A stretch of DNA of 63,994 bases, the filler included, from Phoronis australis (Eukaryota; Animalia; Phoronida), in assembly GCA_002633005.1 (NCBI GenBank). It is 8 parts of 8 records of this genome, joined end to end, with 100 filler letters (N's around TTAATTAATTAA, not from the genome) between each part and the next. Parts side by side here need not be neighbours in the genome. Positions count along the whole stretch, not along the records: positions 1 to 27,272 come from NMRA01000702.1; 7 more parts are not named here. The stretch is one strand, 5' to 3'. The notes beneath the pieces are model-generated. The model did not search any database and was not told the DNA's origin. It saw only the letters and a program-made list of their open reading frames with translations. Both the position numbers and the translations under genes were made by a program. This document shows positions 13,140 through 25,607 of this stretch, piece by piece; position 1 is the stretch's first letter; each line of letters opens with the position of its first letter.

Positions 13140-13727
13140 TTAACAAAACCAGGTTGAAGACTTAAACCTGGTCTCCCTAAAACTGGTCTAATTTTAGACC
13201 TGACTTGCATTTCACCAACATGGTTTAAGAGTCTGAAAGCTTGGTTTTGTTAGACCAGGGAGCTGGTTCAGTAAAACTAGGTTTAAAGTATCAAAGGCTC
13301 CCCACTGTGTCGAGCTGGGCAAACCCAACAAAGAAACTATTGAAGTATTTCAATGAAACCTTGATCATGTGGGTACACAATGACACACAGCAGTAGAATC
13401 AGTGCAGACATTTTCGACAAAGGTCTGAAAGCTTTTCTCATGAGGAAAATGTACACACACATTAAAGAACATGCTCACGATTAGATGGGACATGATAAAT
13501 GCCCAAATTTATGTCCGTGCCATTTTAGTGTTTATTTTTCGCTGCCAAAGGGGGGCAAGGCCCCTTCCCGACAACATTAAATCGGAGAACAGTGAAGGTG
13601 GAACTCGGTCAGAAGAATCAGATGATGCTGTCATAAGTCAAATCTGTAGCGCTTGCGACGATGAGCCCTGCTCGAGAAGTCGTATTCTGAGGAATCCGCA
13701 GGACACTCCAGCACGTACTGGTCTACG

Positions 13728-13884
13728 GATAGGCGGATCCAGGGGTGTCAAGGGGTCCGGAGCCTTCCTTTTCCCTTGATTTTTGTGATATCAAATCTAT
13801 AATTTTCAAATTGTTGACTTGGTCCACCCTTTCAAAAAGTCCTTGAACACCCCCCCCCTTTAAAAAATCCTGGATCCGCCCCTG
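13728..13884. mobile_element. Short GGCGGATCC-terminal MITE with 5-bp TSD
   Basis: ggcggatccagg...cctggatccgcccctg; ctacg at 13723-13727 and 13885-13889. Confidence 0.75.
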
Positions 13885-14134
13885 CTACGTTTGGTCTTGT
13901 GTCTTAGTAAAACTGAATATTGAAAATAGTCCATTTTCGCTCTAAAACTGCGTCGCAAATGCACACCGCGGCATCGTTCAGTTGTACCTATACCATGCAA
14001 GTCTGACATATTTAACAGTTAAACCTGGGTCTGACCAAGTGTAATGTTAAACATGGTTTAAGATCATAATACTGGTCTAAAGAATATAGACCTCGTTGGT
14101 GAAATGAGAACTGACTTAGACCAGGTCTAAACTG

Positions 14135-14535
14135 GGCCCGGTCTCTAATCTTTGTACTCGAAACGAACTCGAAACTATTTTTGGCAATTTCTCTGCTCCT
14201 TTTGTGCGAACGTAAGATAATTGGTTATCAGACTGTGCTCGAATACATTATAGTTTATGCATAGGAGTTTCTAGTTCAAGTTTTCCCTTGAAGACCCTTA
14301 TGTTCGTGCTACAAACTCGAGTAAAAACTCGAAATTTCGAGTTCAAACTCGAACTTATTGCTTTAATATTGGGTTTACAAATTGTGAACTCAGGGCAATA
14401 AATTATCTACGTAAGTTATTGTGTGCTCGAGCATAGAATAATAGACACTTATCTTGTGTTCGCCTAAAAGTAGAGTAGAAAATGCCAAACCTAATTTCGA
14501 GTTCCATTTCGAGTAAAAAGACTGGAGACTGGGCC
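14135..14535. mobile_element. Harbinger-like MITE (GGCCC termini, CWG flanks)
   Basis: ggcccggtctctaatctttgtactcgaaa ... tttcgagtaaaaagactggagactgggcc, imperfect TIR of ~90 bp; flanks ctg / cag. Confidence 0.7.
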
Positions 14536-14830
14536 CAGGTTTTACAAGACCACTGGTCTTAAAGTTAAATCATCTTTATGAAATGCAGATTATCTTTAAA
14601 CATGGTTTAAGTCCAGTTTAAACCAGGTTTAACTTTAAACCACCTTTATGAAATCGGCTGTTTATGTCGTAGTCATCCACAAATTGAAAAATAGACACAA
14701 CTTAAATTAATCGAAAACGCGATGTCTTTCGACGCCCCGGAGCGGGGAAATTGTCGAGCGCACTTATCAAAATTAAAACGCTATCCAGCCGAGGCCGATC
14801 TAGCACTGGAAATTAGCTAATAGACTCTTT

Positions 14831-15270
14831 CAGCCGACTTCATGAAGGTGGTTTAACAAAACCAGGTTGAAGACTTAACCCTGGTTTTCTTAATTCTGGT
14901 CTAATTTTAGACCTAACTTGCATTTCACCAACATGGTTTAAAAGTCTAAGAGCCAGGTTTTGTTAGACCATGAAGTGGGTTTAGTAAAACCAGGTTTAAA
15001 GTGTCCAAGCCACCCTACTGTGTTGACCCGGTTTAACCCAACAAAGAAGCTATTGAAGAGCTTCAATGAAACCTTGGTCACGTGGGTACACAATGATACA
15101 CAGCGGTAGAAGCGGTGCAGACATTTTCGAAAAAGGGCCAAAAGCTTTTCTATAGAAGGATATCAAAAAAATTCCCTTTGCAACCTTAAACAGTGGTGTA
15201 ATTGTACTTTGAAAATATCTCTTCCTGGTAATATATACCTCGTTGGTGAAAAGAAAACTGACTTCGACCA
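14831..15270. mobile_element. Second, partial copy of the 11391-14660 element (no Kolobok insertion)
   Basis: cagccgacttcatgaaggtggtttaacaaaaccaggttgaagac, colinear with 11391-11416 joined to 13144-13440. Confidence 0.8.
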
Positions 15271-15591
15271 AATTACAAGAGAATACGTTAACTGATGAAA
15301 ACCGGGCGTGCGTTCAGTAGACGCTAGGACCTACGCTAGGACCTAGCTAAAACCTAGTCAAAGTCACGTGTTCTTATTTAAAATGCACGGCAATATCTCA
15401 CGTAATCTTGCAAAGTCTTGCTTTTTAGCGAGGTCCTAGCGTTACTGAACGGGAGGCTGCTAAGCGCGCAATAGGAACTTTTCATACTCGTGCTCTCTAG
15501 AGTAGTGAGAGCGAGAAAGCGACTTCCCGTGTTTACAAAACACTATTTATAGCACTGGGCTGAAACCTCCCGTTCGCATTCAACTCAGTGG

Positions 15592-15860
15592 TAAAAACTG
15601 TCCCGACGGGACAGTATAAAGACAACCAAACTTTCGTGACAACGATGTACCGGAGCACTAAGGGTTCGGGCCCTGCGCTACTGGTAACTGTTCCGAAGGG
15701 GCGACGGGGCAGTATAAACCAAATTTCGTGACAACCTTCTACCGGAGCACTAAGGGTTCGGGCCCTGCGCCACCGTTAACTGTTCCGAAGGGGCGTCGGG
15801 GCAGTATAAAGACAACGAAAAAAAAAAAACTGTCCCGACGGGGCAGTATAAAGATAACCA
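15592..15860. repeat. Complex tandem duplication
   Basis: Two ~76-bp units (ttcgtgacaac...gggcagtataaa) bracketed by aaaactgtcccgacggg-cagtataaaga copies. Confidence 0.7.
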
Positions 15861-16801
15861 ATGAGTAGCATGACAGCTGTTGCCAATAAGCCGGCTTCAT
15901 GCGAACCAAACTCCAAAGCTGTTGCCATCAAGCCAGCTTCACACCTAAGATGTCAATAACGTTGTTGCCATCCAGCCAGCGTCTCTTCTCCAGAAGAAGA
16001 TCAAGAACACCACCTCTACCACCACCAGCCTACCAGGTCCTGCCCTCGATCCACGTACACACCAACCACAGCAAGGAAAGAAGGCGAGATCCACCGATCT
16101 TGCGAAGCAAAGCCCTCGTCTACTCTATTCTTTCGTTCGCATTAAATGGGATCTGTTGGTGACGCTGAACACCTGCCCAACAAAAACGTGATCGCCCATT
16201 TACTACGTAAGCCAACACTGCGTGTATTATCTTACTCATATGGAGTACATTTGCCTGGACGAAAGTAGTTCACTTCTATCCTTTTGCTCGGTAGACGGCG
16301 CTTTTGTAAACATGATGGCTCGCGATTTCTGTGTTAGGCAGTATAGTCTGTGGGCCAGATCTCATAGCGTTCATCCTTGTGAGTACTTTGGGAGGGCAAC
16401 CTAGTTTTTTCTAAGTGGTTAGATAATATACTATAAATTCCAAAAAGCTCCCAGGTCTACACTTGCACATTTTTTTAAAAAAGGTGTTTTTGTTGCACAA
16501 AATATTATGCACATTCCTGCCACTTGGTGGCGCTTTTCTCTTGAAATGACCAATCAGAGAGCCAGATTGTATTGTTGTGCTTAGTTACTTCAATATGGCT
16601 GCTCCCATGGAGTGTGATGCCTCTACAATTCAAGGTTTATCAAACAGCACAAAATTGTGATGCCAGAGCCAGAGCCTAAAGAAGCTTAGGAAAGCTTCCT
16701 GATCGACGAAAGCTGGAGTGTAGAACTCTGTAGATCAGTAGATAAAAAAGAAGAAGAGGTATCACAAACGTTTGTGCAGAAAACAGCTGCATGTCCTGGT
16801 A

Positions 16802-17746
16802 TAGGCAATGACCATCGCCTCTGTTGGCCCAAACCAGAGGCGATGCAGCTCCTATAGGCGCTCCATACGCCGGAAGCTTTTCGGCGAATTATGCCTCGCA
16901 CCGACTAAACCATCAAAGTCACGTTGTTGTAAATACCTTTTGTGCATAGAGGAACACCTAAGTTAGGAGGTTGTCGATGTGTTTAATTCCTTCCAACTCG
17001 AACAAATACTCCCCTTATCAAACTTTTTCTTCGAACAGTCCCTATTTCAGTTCCCAAAATCGTGAACTCAACATTTTCACTCGGCGCACGCCAAGAGATT
17101 CTTTTAACCAGGCCTAAGGTCAGAAGTTGCGGTCCTACCGGCGAACTTTGAAAGCTGAAGTTCCTGCCCTTTGCGTACGTCCTGCCGAGAACCAGGCGTG
17201 CATTTGCCGTGTTGTTAAACATTAAAATGTCAAATATGTGCACAAAGACTATTAAATGTCATATCAACAGCATTTATTTTTATCAAATACAAACAATAAT
17301 TCATTGAAATACAATCAGTTTCAAGTAACGCCAATTAAAGACAAGTATAAGTGGTGGCATTTTCGAAAGGAACATTTGACTGACAAGACCGCAATGGCTC
17401 ACCTTTGGCCTATTTGAGTTGATGAAGTCACATCACCTAGCGAGCGCGGTAAAAATTAGAGCGTGCGCAGTATAAAAATGTTGAGTTCACGATTTTGGGA
17501 ACTGAACGAGTGACTGCTCGAACAAAAAGTTCGATAACGGAAGTATTTGTTCGATTTGGAAGGAATTAAACACACCGCCAACCTCCTAAGGTGTCCCTCT
17601 ATACGCAAAAGGTATTTATAACAACGTGACTTTCGTGCTTTAGCCAGTGCGAGGCATAATTCGCCGAAAAGCTTCCGGCGTATGGAGCGCCTATAGGAGC
17701 TGCATCGCCTCTGGTTCGGGCCAACAGGGGCGATGGTCATTGCCTA
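16802..17746. mobile_element. Long-TIR foldback element (TAG..CTA termini, 9-bp TSD)
   Basis: ~270-bp inverted arms beginning taggcaatgaccatcgcc; perfect gtcctggta at 16793-16801 and 17747-17755. Confidence 0.9.
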
Positions 17747-18171
17747 GTCCTGGTATAGCCTACACAGTATACTGCTTACTGCTGTAGACCAAAAGACCAA
17801 GTGTCAGACCAAAAAATTGAAAGGACATAGAACAGCATAGCAACGTTTCAAAGCACCAGTAGTAATACTAAAGTTGACGTTGCTGAAAGTGATACAGATG
17901 TTATCCAAGATTTCCCAAGAAAATCAGTTATACTTTCAAAATCTGAAACACCCAATTAACCTGAACAAGATAGGAACATTCTGAAACATGAGTGCATCAC
18001 TTGTTAGCAGGAAAAATATATTATGGACCATATTTCAAGAAAGAGAAAGAAGTATAGCTTTGAAAAACAGGTACGTGTTTTTGAAAGGTATATCTTGGTG
18101 TTTTCCATGTGTGTTTCAGTATTATCACCAGTTGTTTTTGTAACTTGCTCAGCCCCTTGGCTGCCTAGGCC

Positions 18172-18348
18172 TTAGACAATACTGCTGACCCAGTAGAGAC
18201 GATGATCATACCATAGGTACTCCATATGCCGGATGCTTTTCGGCAAATTATGTTCCTATAAGTTTAGAAGTACCGCGTAGAGAGATGCCTCTGAGGAGGT
18301 CGTTAATGTTTTCATTTGTTCCCAGTTTAAACAAATACTCCTGCAATC
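18172..18348. mobile_element. Fragment of TAG..CTA foldback family, cut by a gap
   Basis: tagacaat...gccggatgcttttcggcaaattatg...aacaaatactcc. Confidence 0.6.
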
Positions 18349-20039
18349 NNNNNNNNNNNNNNNNNNNNNNNNNNNNNNNNNNNNNNNNNNNNNNNNNNNN
18401 NNNNNNNNNNNNNNNNNNNNNNNNNNNNNNTGAAGTTATTTGGACAGGCAATCTTAAGAAATATTGTTGCAGCTACTCACTGTTGTAGTTTGTGCCCCAC
18501 TAAGAGATACGAAAGTGAATTGAGGCCAGTGTTCAATAATTCACTTGCTGACTCTAATTAACACAGCCCATTATAACATATTTTGAATCAAACGTTTGCC
18601 CAAATCCTGCCCGCCTCCAAGCAAGGACTTAGTGTTTGGCCCTTCATTGTCTGCGGGCCAATCACCAGTGTGCAGTGCTGTACCCTCTCTAATCGACCGT
18701 CAGTAGTTGGCTCCTTGGCGGTGGAGCTTTGCACTTAAAATGTATGGCAATGCCCACATCTCCACTGACAGTACTAAACGATGAACGCTGCAAGTGCAAA
18801 AGAACATGTGTGCTGGGAAACTGAGTTTGTGCTGCAATGCTGGGTCAAACTGTACAGAAATGTGCAGCTGTGACAACTGTAGTAACATCAGCAACACTGA
18901 CTGCATAACATTGGATAGTTCTTTGACAAGTCAACCCTAAATAGACCTCCAACCCCGTTATTTCGTTTTTTTGTATTAAAAAGTTAATTTTATTTGTTGA
19001 TTAAGTCATAGAAAGTACATACTTTGATCATTGTCATGTATTTGTCTCATGCTGCTTGATAAACGCTGTCAGAATAATCTATTATTTTCATACAGTCTGT
19101 GTGCACATTCACAGAGATCATTCAACTATGATGTTTTTGTACTATAACGTATTTCTAGTGTATTATGCAAGCAAGCTATATTTTACACCATTAGTCAATA
19201 GTTCTGTCACTGAGGCACACATTTTGCCCAGTCTCAAGTGTTTTGTGTTATTTTTGTTGCCAGAAAATACCAGAAAAACTTCCTAGTAAAATTCAGACTT
19301 AGTTTGCATTTTTGCCACTAGGTGTCTCTTTACGTTTTTTAAATTTCACTGTTTACAATTAATTTACAATAGTAAACCATGTAATGTGAGTGTAATATTG
19401 TTCAATACAATAGCACTGATGGGACCACATTACCTGTTTTACAAGAAAGTCACCAAAACTGTTGTTTTTACAAATATAAGTTTACTAAGCTCTTTGGTGA
19501 TTATTAGGTAACTTCAAACTCAAATTTCTCAAAAGTGTGCAACTTTATATGTGGGAACTTTTTAGATTTTGAAAACACTCTAATAAATGAATTAAAAAAC
19601 ACCAAAATAAAATTGTCCCCCTAGTAGGCCTATCGCGTTTCTTAATCAATGTAAATGTTACTGAAAGACTGTTGTAAATGCCGACTAAGATTAATCTCCG
19701 AACCGGGAATCTAACCGGGGCCTGTCACATACGCCTCCGCGGTTGTATTTGCATGAAAAGTGAGTTAAAAGGGGTCTGAATTGAAAGTTAATTGGTGATT
19801 TTCGACACATCACTGTGTGACTGTGGCCGCTTGGACTTGGACTTCAGAGTTCAGTTTTATCACATATTTACTACTTTGGTAACAAGTCGGATATAATGTC
19901 CCCTGGGTGTGAGAATGACGCTATCAACATATTGTAATATTTTCAGTGCAGGTTCACCAGTTATACCTCACAGAGTCAGACTGTTAGTGTTAGCCAGATG
20001 GAACACACCAGAGCAGTGCCAATGTCAGTGACAGCAAAT

Positions 20040-20197
20040 CAGTAGCGGATTTAGAGGGGGGCCAAGGGGGCCATGCCCCCCCCTAAAACTCTCCCAGATT
20101 CCATTTGGCAGTTCGGGGTGCGCCGTGTGACGGGTAAAATCCTGGCTATTACTCTGCCCTGCCCCCCCCCTAAATAAAAATCTTGGATCCGCCCCTG
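20040..20197. mobile_element. CAG-terminal MITE with 5-bp TSD
   Basis: cagtagcggattt...ggatccgcccctg; caaat at 20035-20039 and 20198-20202; partial paralog at 38147-38217. Confidence 0.8.
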
Positions 20198-22615
20198 CAA
20201 ATGTCTAGACTTGACCACGCAAATACACGTGTTGTTGGGAATAAATGGGAAACGAACAACAGGACAAGGACATGGTCGAAAAAAGTTGGTGCCAATGTAA
20301 CAATTGAATAACATTCCTATTATTTAGTGGATTAGACAGTGGCCACCATCTCTAATTGGCATTTTGATTTGCTCAAAACTCACTCACTCAGCTGCAGAAA
20401 TCAGCAAGAATGGATGTCAGCAATCTCATTGCTCAGTCTAGAGATAGACAGAAACATGTACTAATGGATTGATTCGCCATCTATTTCTAAGAAGCCAACA
20501 GGAGCAAAGAGTTAGTTGGCCATGGGTATTCAGTATCTGATGATTATCAACAATCCAACCCTTTCCTGTCAAACTTGTCTAAAGATTCAACTGAGCAACT
20601 TGATCGGAAACTGTTGTTTAAAGTCAGTACATCTTTGGATGATCTTTGCAAGACTTCAGAAAAAGTGTGCTTAGACTTCCTATGAGGAACCTGGATGACA
20701 CATGGGCTATCACTTCTTTTACTATGTGTCATTCACTGCATATCAGTAAAACTACGACTAAGAATGAATTCACTGTAGCCATAATGTATGGGATACATGT
20801 AGATGATTGCCAAAAACCCTCTGTGCTGTACAGAGGCTATTGGCTGCTGCGTGCATTTGTCATCATGCGGGCAATGGTGTATGTTTGAACATTTTTCGGA
20901 TGGCTCACATTCATAGCTTATAATTGTTTTTAACATATATTTTTAGCAAAGGTGACATAGTTGATGACATTAATTAGATCGGTGATTATATTACATTAAA
21001 AATTCTCCATGTTGAGACAGCCTCCTAAATTGAGAACACAGAAATTATGGCTGAAATTTAATTTTTTCATCCTGAAGTTTGAGGCGTGAGTAATTTGTAT
21101 ATTTTTGTACTTTTCAAATTCCTAACGCTATGTTGTAGCATAACAGGTTGCAAGAATACTCATGTAAGTTCATAAAAAGGGACTCTTATGACAAACATTT
21201 AATAAATTGTTACCATTCCCCTTGAATTTCTGACAGACAGTTGTGTGAATTTCTAAAAATTGGGACAAGCTCCGACTTTGATCAAAATAATTATTCACTG
21301 TCCCAAACTAGAGAATTTTTGTGTAATCAATTTTTGAAATTCAGTGTGTAGTTAACTGTAAAACTGATGGATGGCTGTTGTTGTTTATAAGAGGATCAGC
21401 TTTAAGAAAAAAGGTTGTAAAAGTGATGACAATTTATTGTTTAGCTTTTGATCTTTAGTGATGAAGTGGTAGTTTACACCAGCTTTAAAAATGTCAATGA
21501 TGAAAGGTGGAAATCGTAAATGACAAGAGATATCAATAGTCCATTTCAGTTAATGACTATGAAGCAGATAATAGTGGCAGTACCCGTGTGGTTAAAGATT
21601 CATGACATAATGCTTTAGATTTAAAAATCTTGAGGGACTTTCTGGTATTTAAGCTATGAGTGTTTTTTTCACATGAAATGATGTGTTTGTGCGTGCGTGT
21701 GTTGTTAAAATCAGTTGCATAGTGAGTTAGTCACTGAATGATCTCAGTGCTTAATATGCTTAAGGGGGTTTTGATCAAAGAATATTTTTATTGGTTAGAT
21801 AGATACATACCAAGGGAACTTGTGCCATGTGATAAAATGTTATTGTTCACATATGTTTTGGAAAAAATATTTGGTTTAACGAGACAATGAAACGTTACAA
21901 TTGTGTCTTTAGCATCTAACGTCAATGTATAATACAGGATTACTTTTACCTAAACATTTAAAATGTTATAGATTTTGTATTTCCTATATATATAGTTAAG
22001 GTTAAGAATGGATGCCTTCATGATGTTCTCTGCACATTTGTTGCTTTGATAACACTATCACTGATGGTGTTACTCTATCAAAAATCATAAATTAAAGGGC
22101 AATTTTGAAAGTAAAATCACCCATGAAAATCTTATTTTAAGATGTGGATTTCCGACTCTGTCCCAATTGTTTTACTTCAGGGTGACAAAAGGACAAAAGG
22201 CAGCTGCTGGGTTCCTTGTTAATTCCAGGTTGCTGTGTCTCTTGGGAGGCATTTCTTATTTAGTGCATCTGCATTGAATGAGTTTATGTTTTTGATTATT
22301 TTTGGCAGCTTTCGAGGCTCAGATTTGGAATTTCTGGATATTAGAAAAGGCATAAAATTAGTGCTGTGAAACCTCAGTGTTGTGATACGAATAGATGCTA
22401 CTAAAAGTATTTTTTTGTCTGCATTAAACTCACCATTCTAACACAATGTGTCCTTCGTTGATTACCACAATTTCCACGTTGTAAGCTAATTCCTTGTTTT
22501 GGAAGCTAATTCCTTGTTTTGCAAGCGTTTCACACAATCACTTGTTGATGCCAGAGCCTCAGGGTTAGCATACACTACTTGATAATTTCCTTTAATTATA
22601 TCACTAATTGGAACA

Positions 22616-22924
22616 CGTAGGCGAATTTGGGGGGCAAGGGCTGTCACAAGGAAAATGAAACAGCAACAGCGTAACGTGTGAGGAAATATAACTAGGACCG
22701 GTACTGGAGAAAGGGGGGACTCAGACCCCAGATCGTGGCGGGCTCTAGCTTGTTCCCGTTTTTTATTTTTAAAATTTTTTTAGTCGATAGATTTCCTGAA
22801 CAGAAGCTTCATACTTCGGGCCCCCGTAACTTTCGGGACGCATGTACACATACAACCGCGCTCTGCCCAATTCCCCGAGGCAACATATGTTGGGGCCCCC
22901 CTTCTGGTCCCTGATCCGCCACTG
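22616..22924. mobile_element. MITE with 5-bp TSD
   Basis: Ends gatccgccactg; gaaca at 22611-22615 and 22925-22929. Confidence 0.75.
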
Positions 22925-23024
22925 GAACAGTACTACAAAACGTCACCACTACTTTCTTCATCATCAGTATCAATTACATCATTAATGTCTCGCAAAAAAT
23001 TGTTGTTCTGGTACTGTAATTAGT

Positions 23025-23285
23025 CATAGGGGGAAGGGGATCCCCCCTGGCTGATGCAAGCAAAATTAAACAGCAACATCGTGAAGCGTGAAGAGATATG
23101 GAGTTCACCAAGGAACAGGAAGCCCCGGAGCGCGGCGGAATCGGGTTGCTCTTTTGTGGGGGATTACCAGGTCACCATCGCCTGCCCCCGCAACTTTCGG
23201 GGCGGCTGTGCATACAATCGCGCTTTGCCCAATTCTCCGAGGCAGCATGTTGGGCCCCCCTTATGGTATCCTAGATCCGCCACTG
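23025..23285. mobile_element. MITE with 5-bp TSD, related to 22616-22924
   Basis: Shared catacaa-cgcgct-tgcccaattc...gatccgccactg end; ttagt at 23020-23024 and 23286-23290. Confidence 0.75.
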
Positions 23286-24149
23286 TTAGTGCACGGCAAA
23301 GATCTACTAAAGTTTGGTGAACTACAGGGCTAATAAGCAAACCAATTGCAGTTCAGTGTGGGAACGTCATAAAGTGCAATTAGTTGACATGTCAACTGTG
23401 CTTCTTCTGCTAGCTTTATTTTAATCGCACAGTGAACCTTTTATGTTCACTTAGTGATAACTAAACCGTTTCAATGATGTTTTTCGTTTTAAAATTGCTT
23501 CAATTGATACTACAGGTACTCCAATATCTTCCGCATTCGTCGCGATTCTATACTAGGGATTCCATTGACAGGGAATTCCCCGAGTATGCACGACAAGGGA
23601 GATAAGTCTTTATTTTGATACATAAACGAGTTGACAAATACGGATTTTCTCATGTACAAGGATTATAATTACCATTTTTAAGAACTTAGTCCCAACTGCT
23701 ACAAAACTCATCCATATTACAACAATGACGAATCTTTTTTCTGCGATTTATTTGGCGAACCGATACGAACCGATATGATCTCGCGAGATCTAGCATCAGA
23801 AGACTAGTCGCTAACCGACTAGAGCGACGTCTTTCGTGAAAATGCGTGGTCGCCGTCTGGCGGATTTTTGAGTTTCAAGATTGCGCGGCTATTTCGAAAG
23901 TCAGATACTTGTCATTCACGCTGGTACGTCAATTACAAAAGAAAAACAGCGATTCAATTACTAAAGCAGCGTGTTGCAGAATTTTAGAGTGGTCTTAGAC
24001 TCATTTCATACTAGAAGATGATGATGTGTGACACTTGAGTGTCCGGTCGGCTGCAGGGGCGGATCCAGGATTTTGAGTTGGGGGGGGGGGGGCGACAGGG
24101 CACAGGAATAACCAGAATTTCGCGACATGAGCGCGCATGTAGATGCAGT

Positions 24150-24573
24150 GGCTGGTTGCATGAAACAGTCCCAAATAGGGACTCAACTAAGGTCCCAAAC
24201 TCTTTTTGCGTATTTGTGTCTTTATGGACTCACAGATGCAATATTTTCCCGATCGTTAATCTTTATTATGAGCTCCTCTTTGATTAATGACATTTTCTAG
24301 TAATATTGCTAAAAAATGAGCCCAGGGTTCATTGAAAAAAAATAGGAACTCAGTCCTTAAATTGGGGGTGTTGCATGAAAAGATCCCGAATTACTTTCGA
24401 TAATATTGACAATTCAACGTAGAGTTTACTCTCAATTTGTATCAAAGTCAAAAGTTGACTTAGTAATGACACTAAAACAATACAAGAAAGGGCAATGGAT
24501 GTTTTCACAAGCCCACTTATACGCAGTTACGTCCCTATTTGGGATTGCTTCATGGAATCGGGCATAGGGGTCT
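24150..24573. mobile_element. Harbinger-like MITE inserted next to or into a CAGGGGCGGATCC element (from 24054)
   Basis: ggttgcatgaaacagtcccaaataggga ... tccctatttgggattgcttcatggaatcgggc; inverted paralog at 43518-43930. Confidence 0.7.
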
Positions 24574-25395
24574 CAAATTTTTGGGTTACTAAAAAAAGAA
24601 GAAAAAAACGTTAAGCGAGGTTTGTTTAAGGCCTATGAATTGCGCAGGGAAAATCCAGTCGAGCTCACGGTCAGACTCGCTGGTCTTACAAGTCAGCCCT
24701 TGTTCTGTGTTCAGATCGAGTCGAGCTTGCGTAAACTATAGGTCGAAAGGTTGTGGGTCGTGGGTCGACTGTGTCATGGTCAAGGGAGTCATGGGGTGTG
24801 GGGATCGAGGGGGTCTAAGAACAATCCCATTTAAACCAGTTATCTTTTGATCAAGTCAACTGAATATAAGGCAGTTATTACAATTTGAAGTGTGAGAACA
24901 TTTTGGGAAACCCTGTAGTTACCGTAAGTCTAGTTTAGCTCATATAGTCTCTGAATGTGCATAACAGTCAGTCAGTCATCCTTGTCGATAAATAATTCTT
25001 AGTCAATTGAAATGTGCCTTCAGTAAGAATTCCCTTTTTGGCCAAAATAATACCAAAATCTGTAATTACAAGTTCCCCCAAAGGGCTCGGCTTTCTATTA
25101 ATGTTCTTATAGTGTGAATGCTCGGGGCAGTCATCGAGAAATACGTGTGTTGGTAAACGTTCAACTCAAGACTTTTTCGTACAATTGATATATTTACGAA
25201 ATCTTGTGAAAAGCGCATACACTATGATTATGTAGATGGCACTTGGTAACGTGTGAAATCAATTATCACATAAGAGAATCAATAAAGATGAGATAGTCTG
25301 TCTTTTAAAGCATTATGTTTTATGATCAAGTCACGCAGTCGTCAAAAAGCAAAACTCGTGTTTGATTGGGCACATTGAGACGTCACCAGACGGGC

Positions 25396-25607
25396 TCAAA
25401 TTACGAATTTCACAGCAGCAAATGAAGCGATGAAGAGGAAGGAGTGCAGTGCCACCTTCTGGCCACTGTTACAATTGTCTCCGTTACAGAAGCACACTGT
25501 ATTCTTCGTGGAGACGCCGGCGATATCTAGGGATTGCGTTTTGCAGTCGGCTGTCATTTTATCAGTCGCACATGAACGACTGTAACCGATTGCTGTGACG
25601 CCTGCAG
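25396..25607 (-). CDS. Terminal exon of a Ly6/uPAR (quiver/sleepless-like) three-finger GPI-anchored protein
   Basis: YSRSC..C..VCFCNGDNCNSG followed by a hydrophobic C-terminal signal and TGA; acceptor ttttgcatttcag on the minus strand (alternative AG 6 nt further in). Confidence 0.8.

Larger units (their letters stand above)
11391..14660. mobile_element. PIF/Harbinger-like non-autonomous element hosting three nested insertions
   Basis: cagccgatttcataaaggtggtttaa at the left end and its reverse complement ending 14660; ttt on both sides; aaaccaggttt/agacc motifs throughout. Confidence 0.75.
16390..19623 (+). mobile_element. Decayed Academ-type DNA transposon (spans an N gap, interrupted by foldback elements)
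   Basis: 18605-18885 encodes LPPPSKD..LHCLRANHQ and RCKCKRTC..C.CNAGSNCTEMCSCDNCSN (CXC-type C-terminus seen in Academ transposases) with stops and frameshifts; terminus aaaattgtcccccta at 19623; degenerate inverted match near 16430-16475. Confidence 0.55.

Noticed and set aside
20240-20900. Possible Kolobok transposase relic
   Set aside because: Only faint motif resemblance (TSFTMCHSL...IMYG) with many stops; needs blastx
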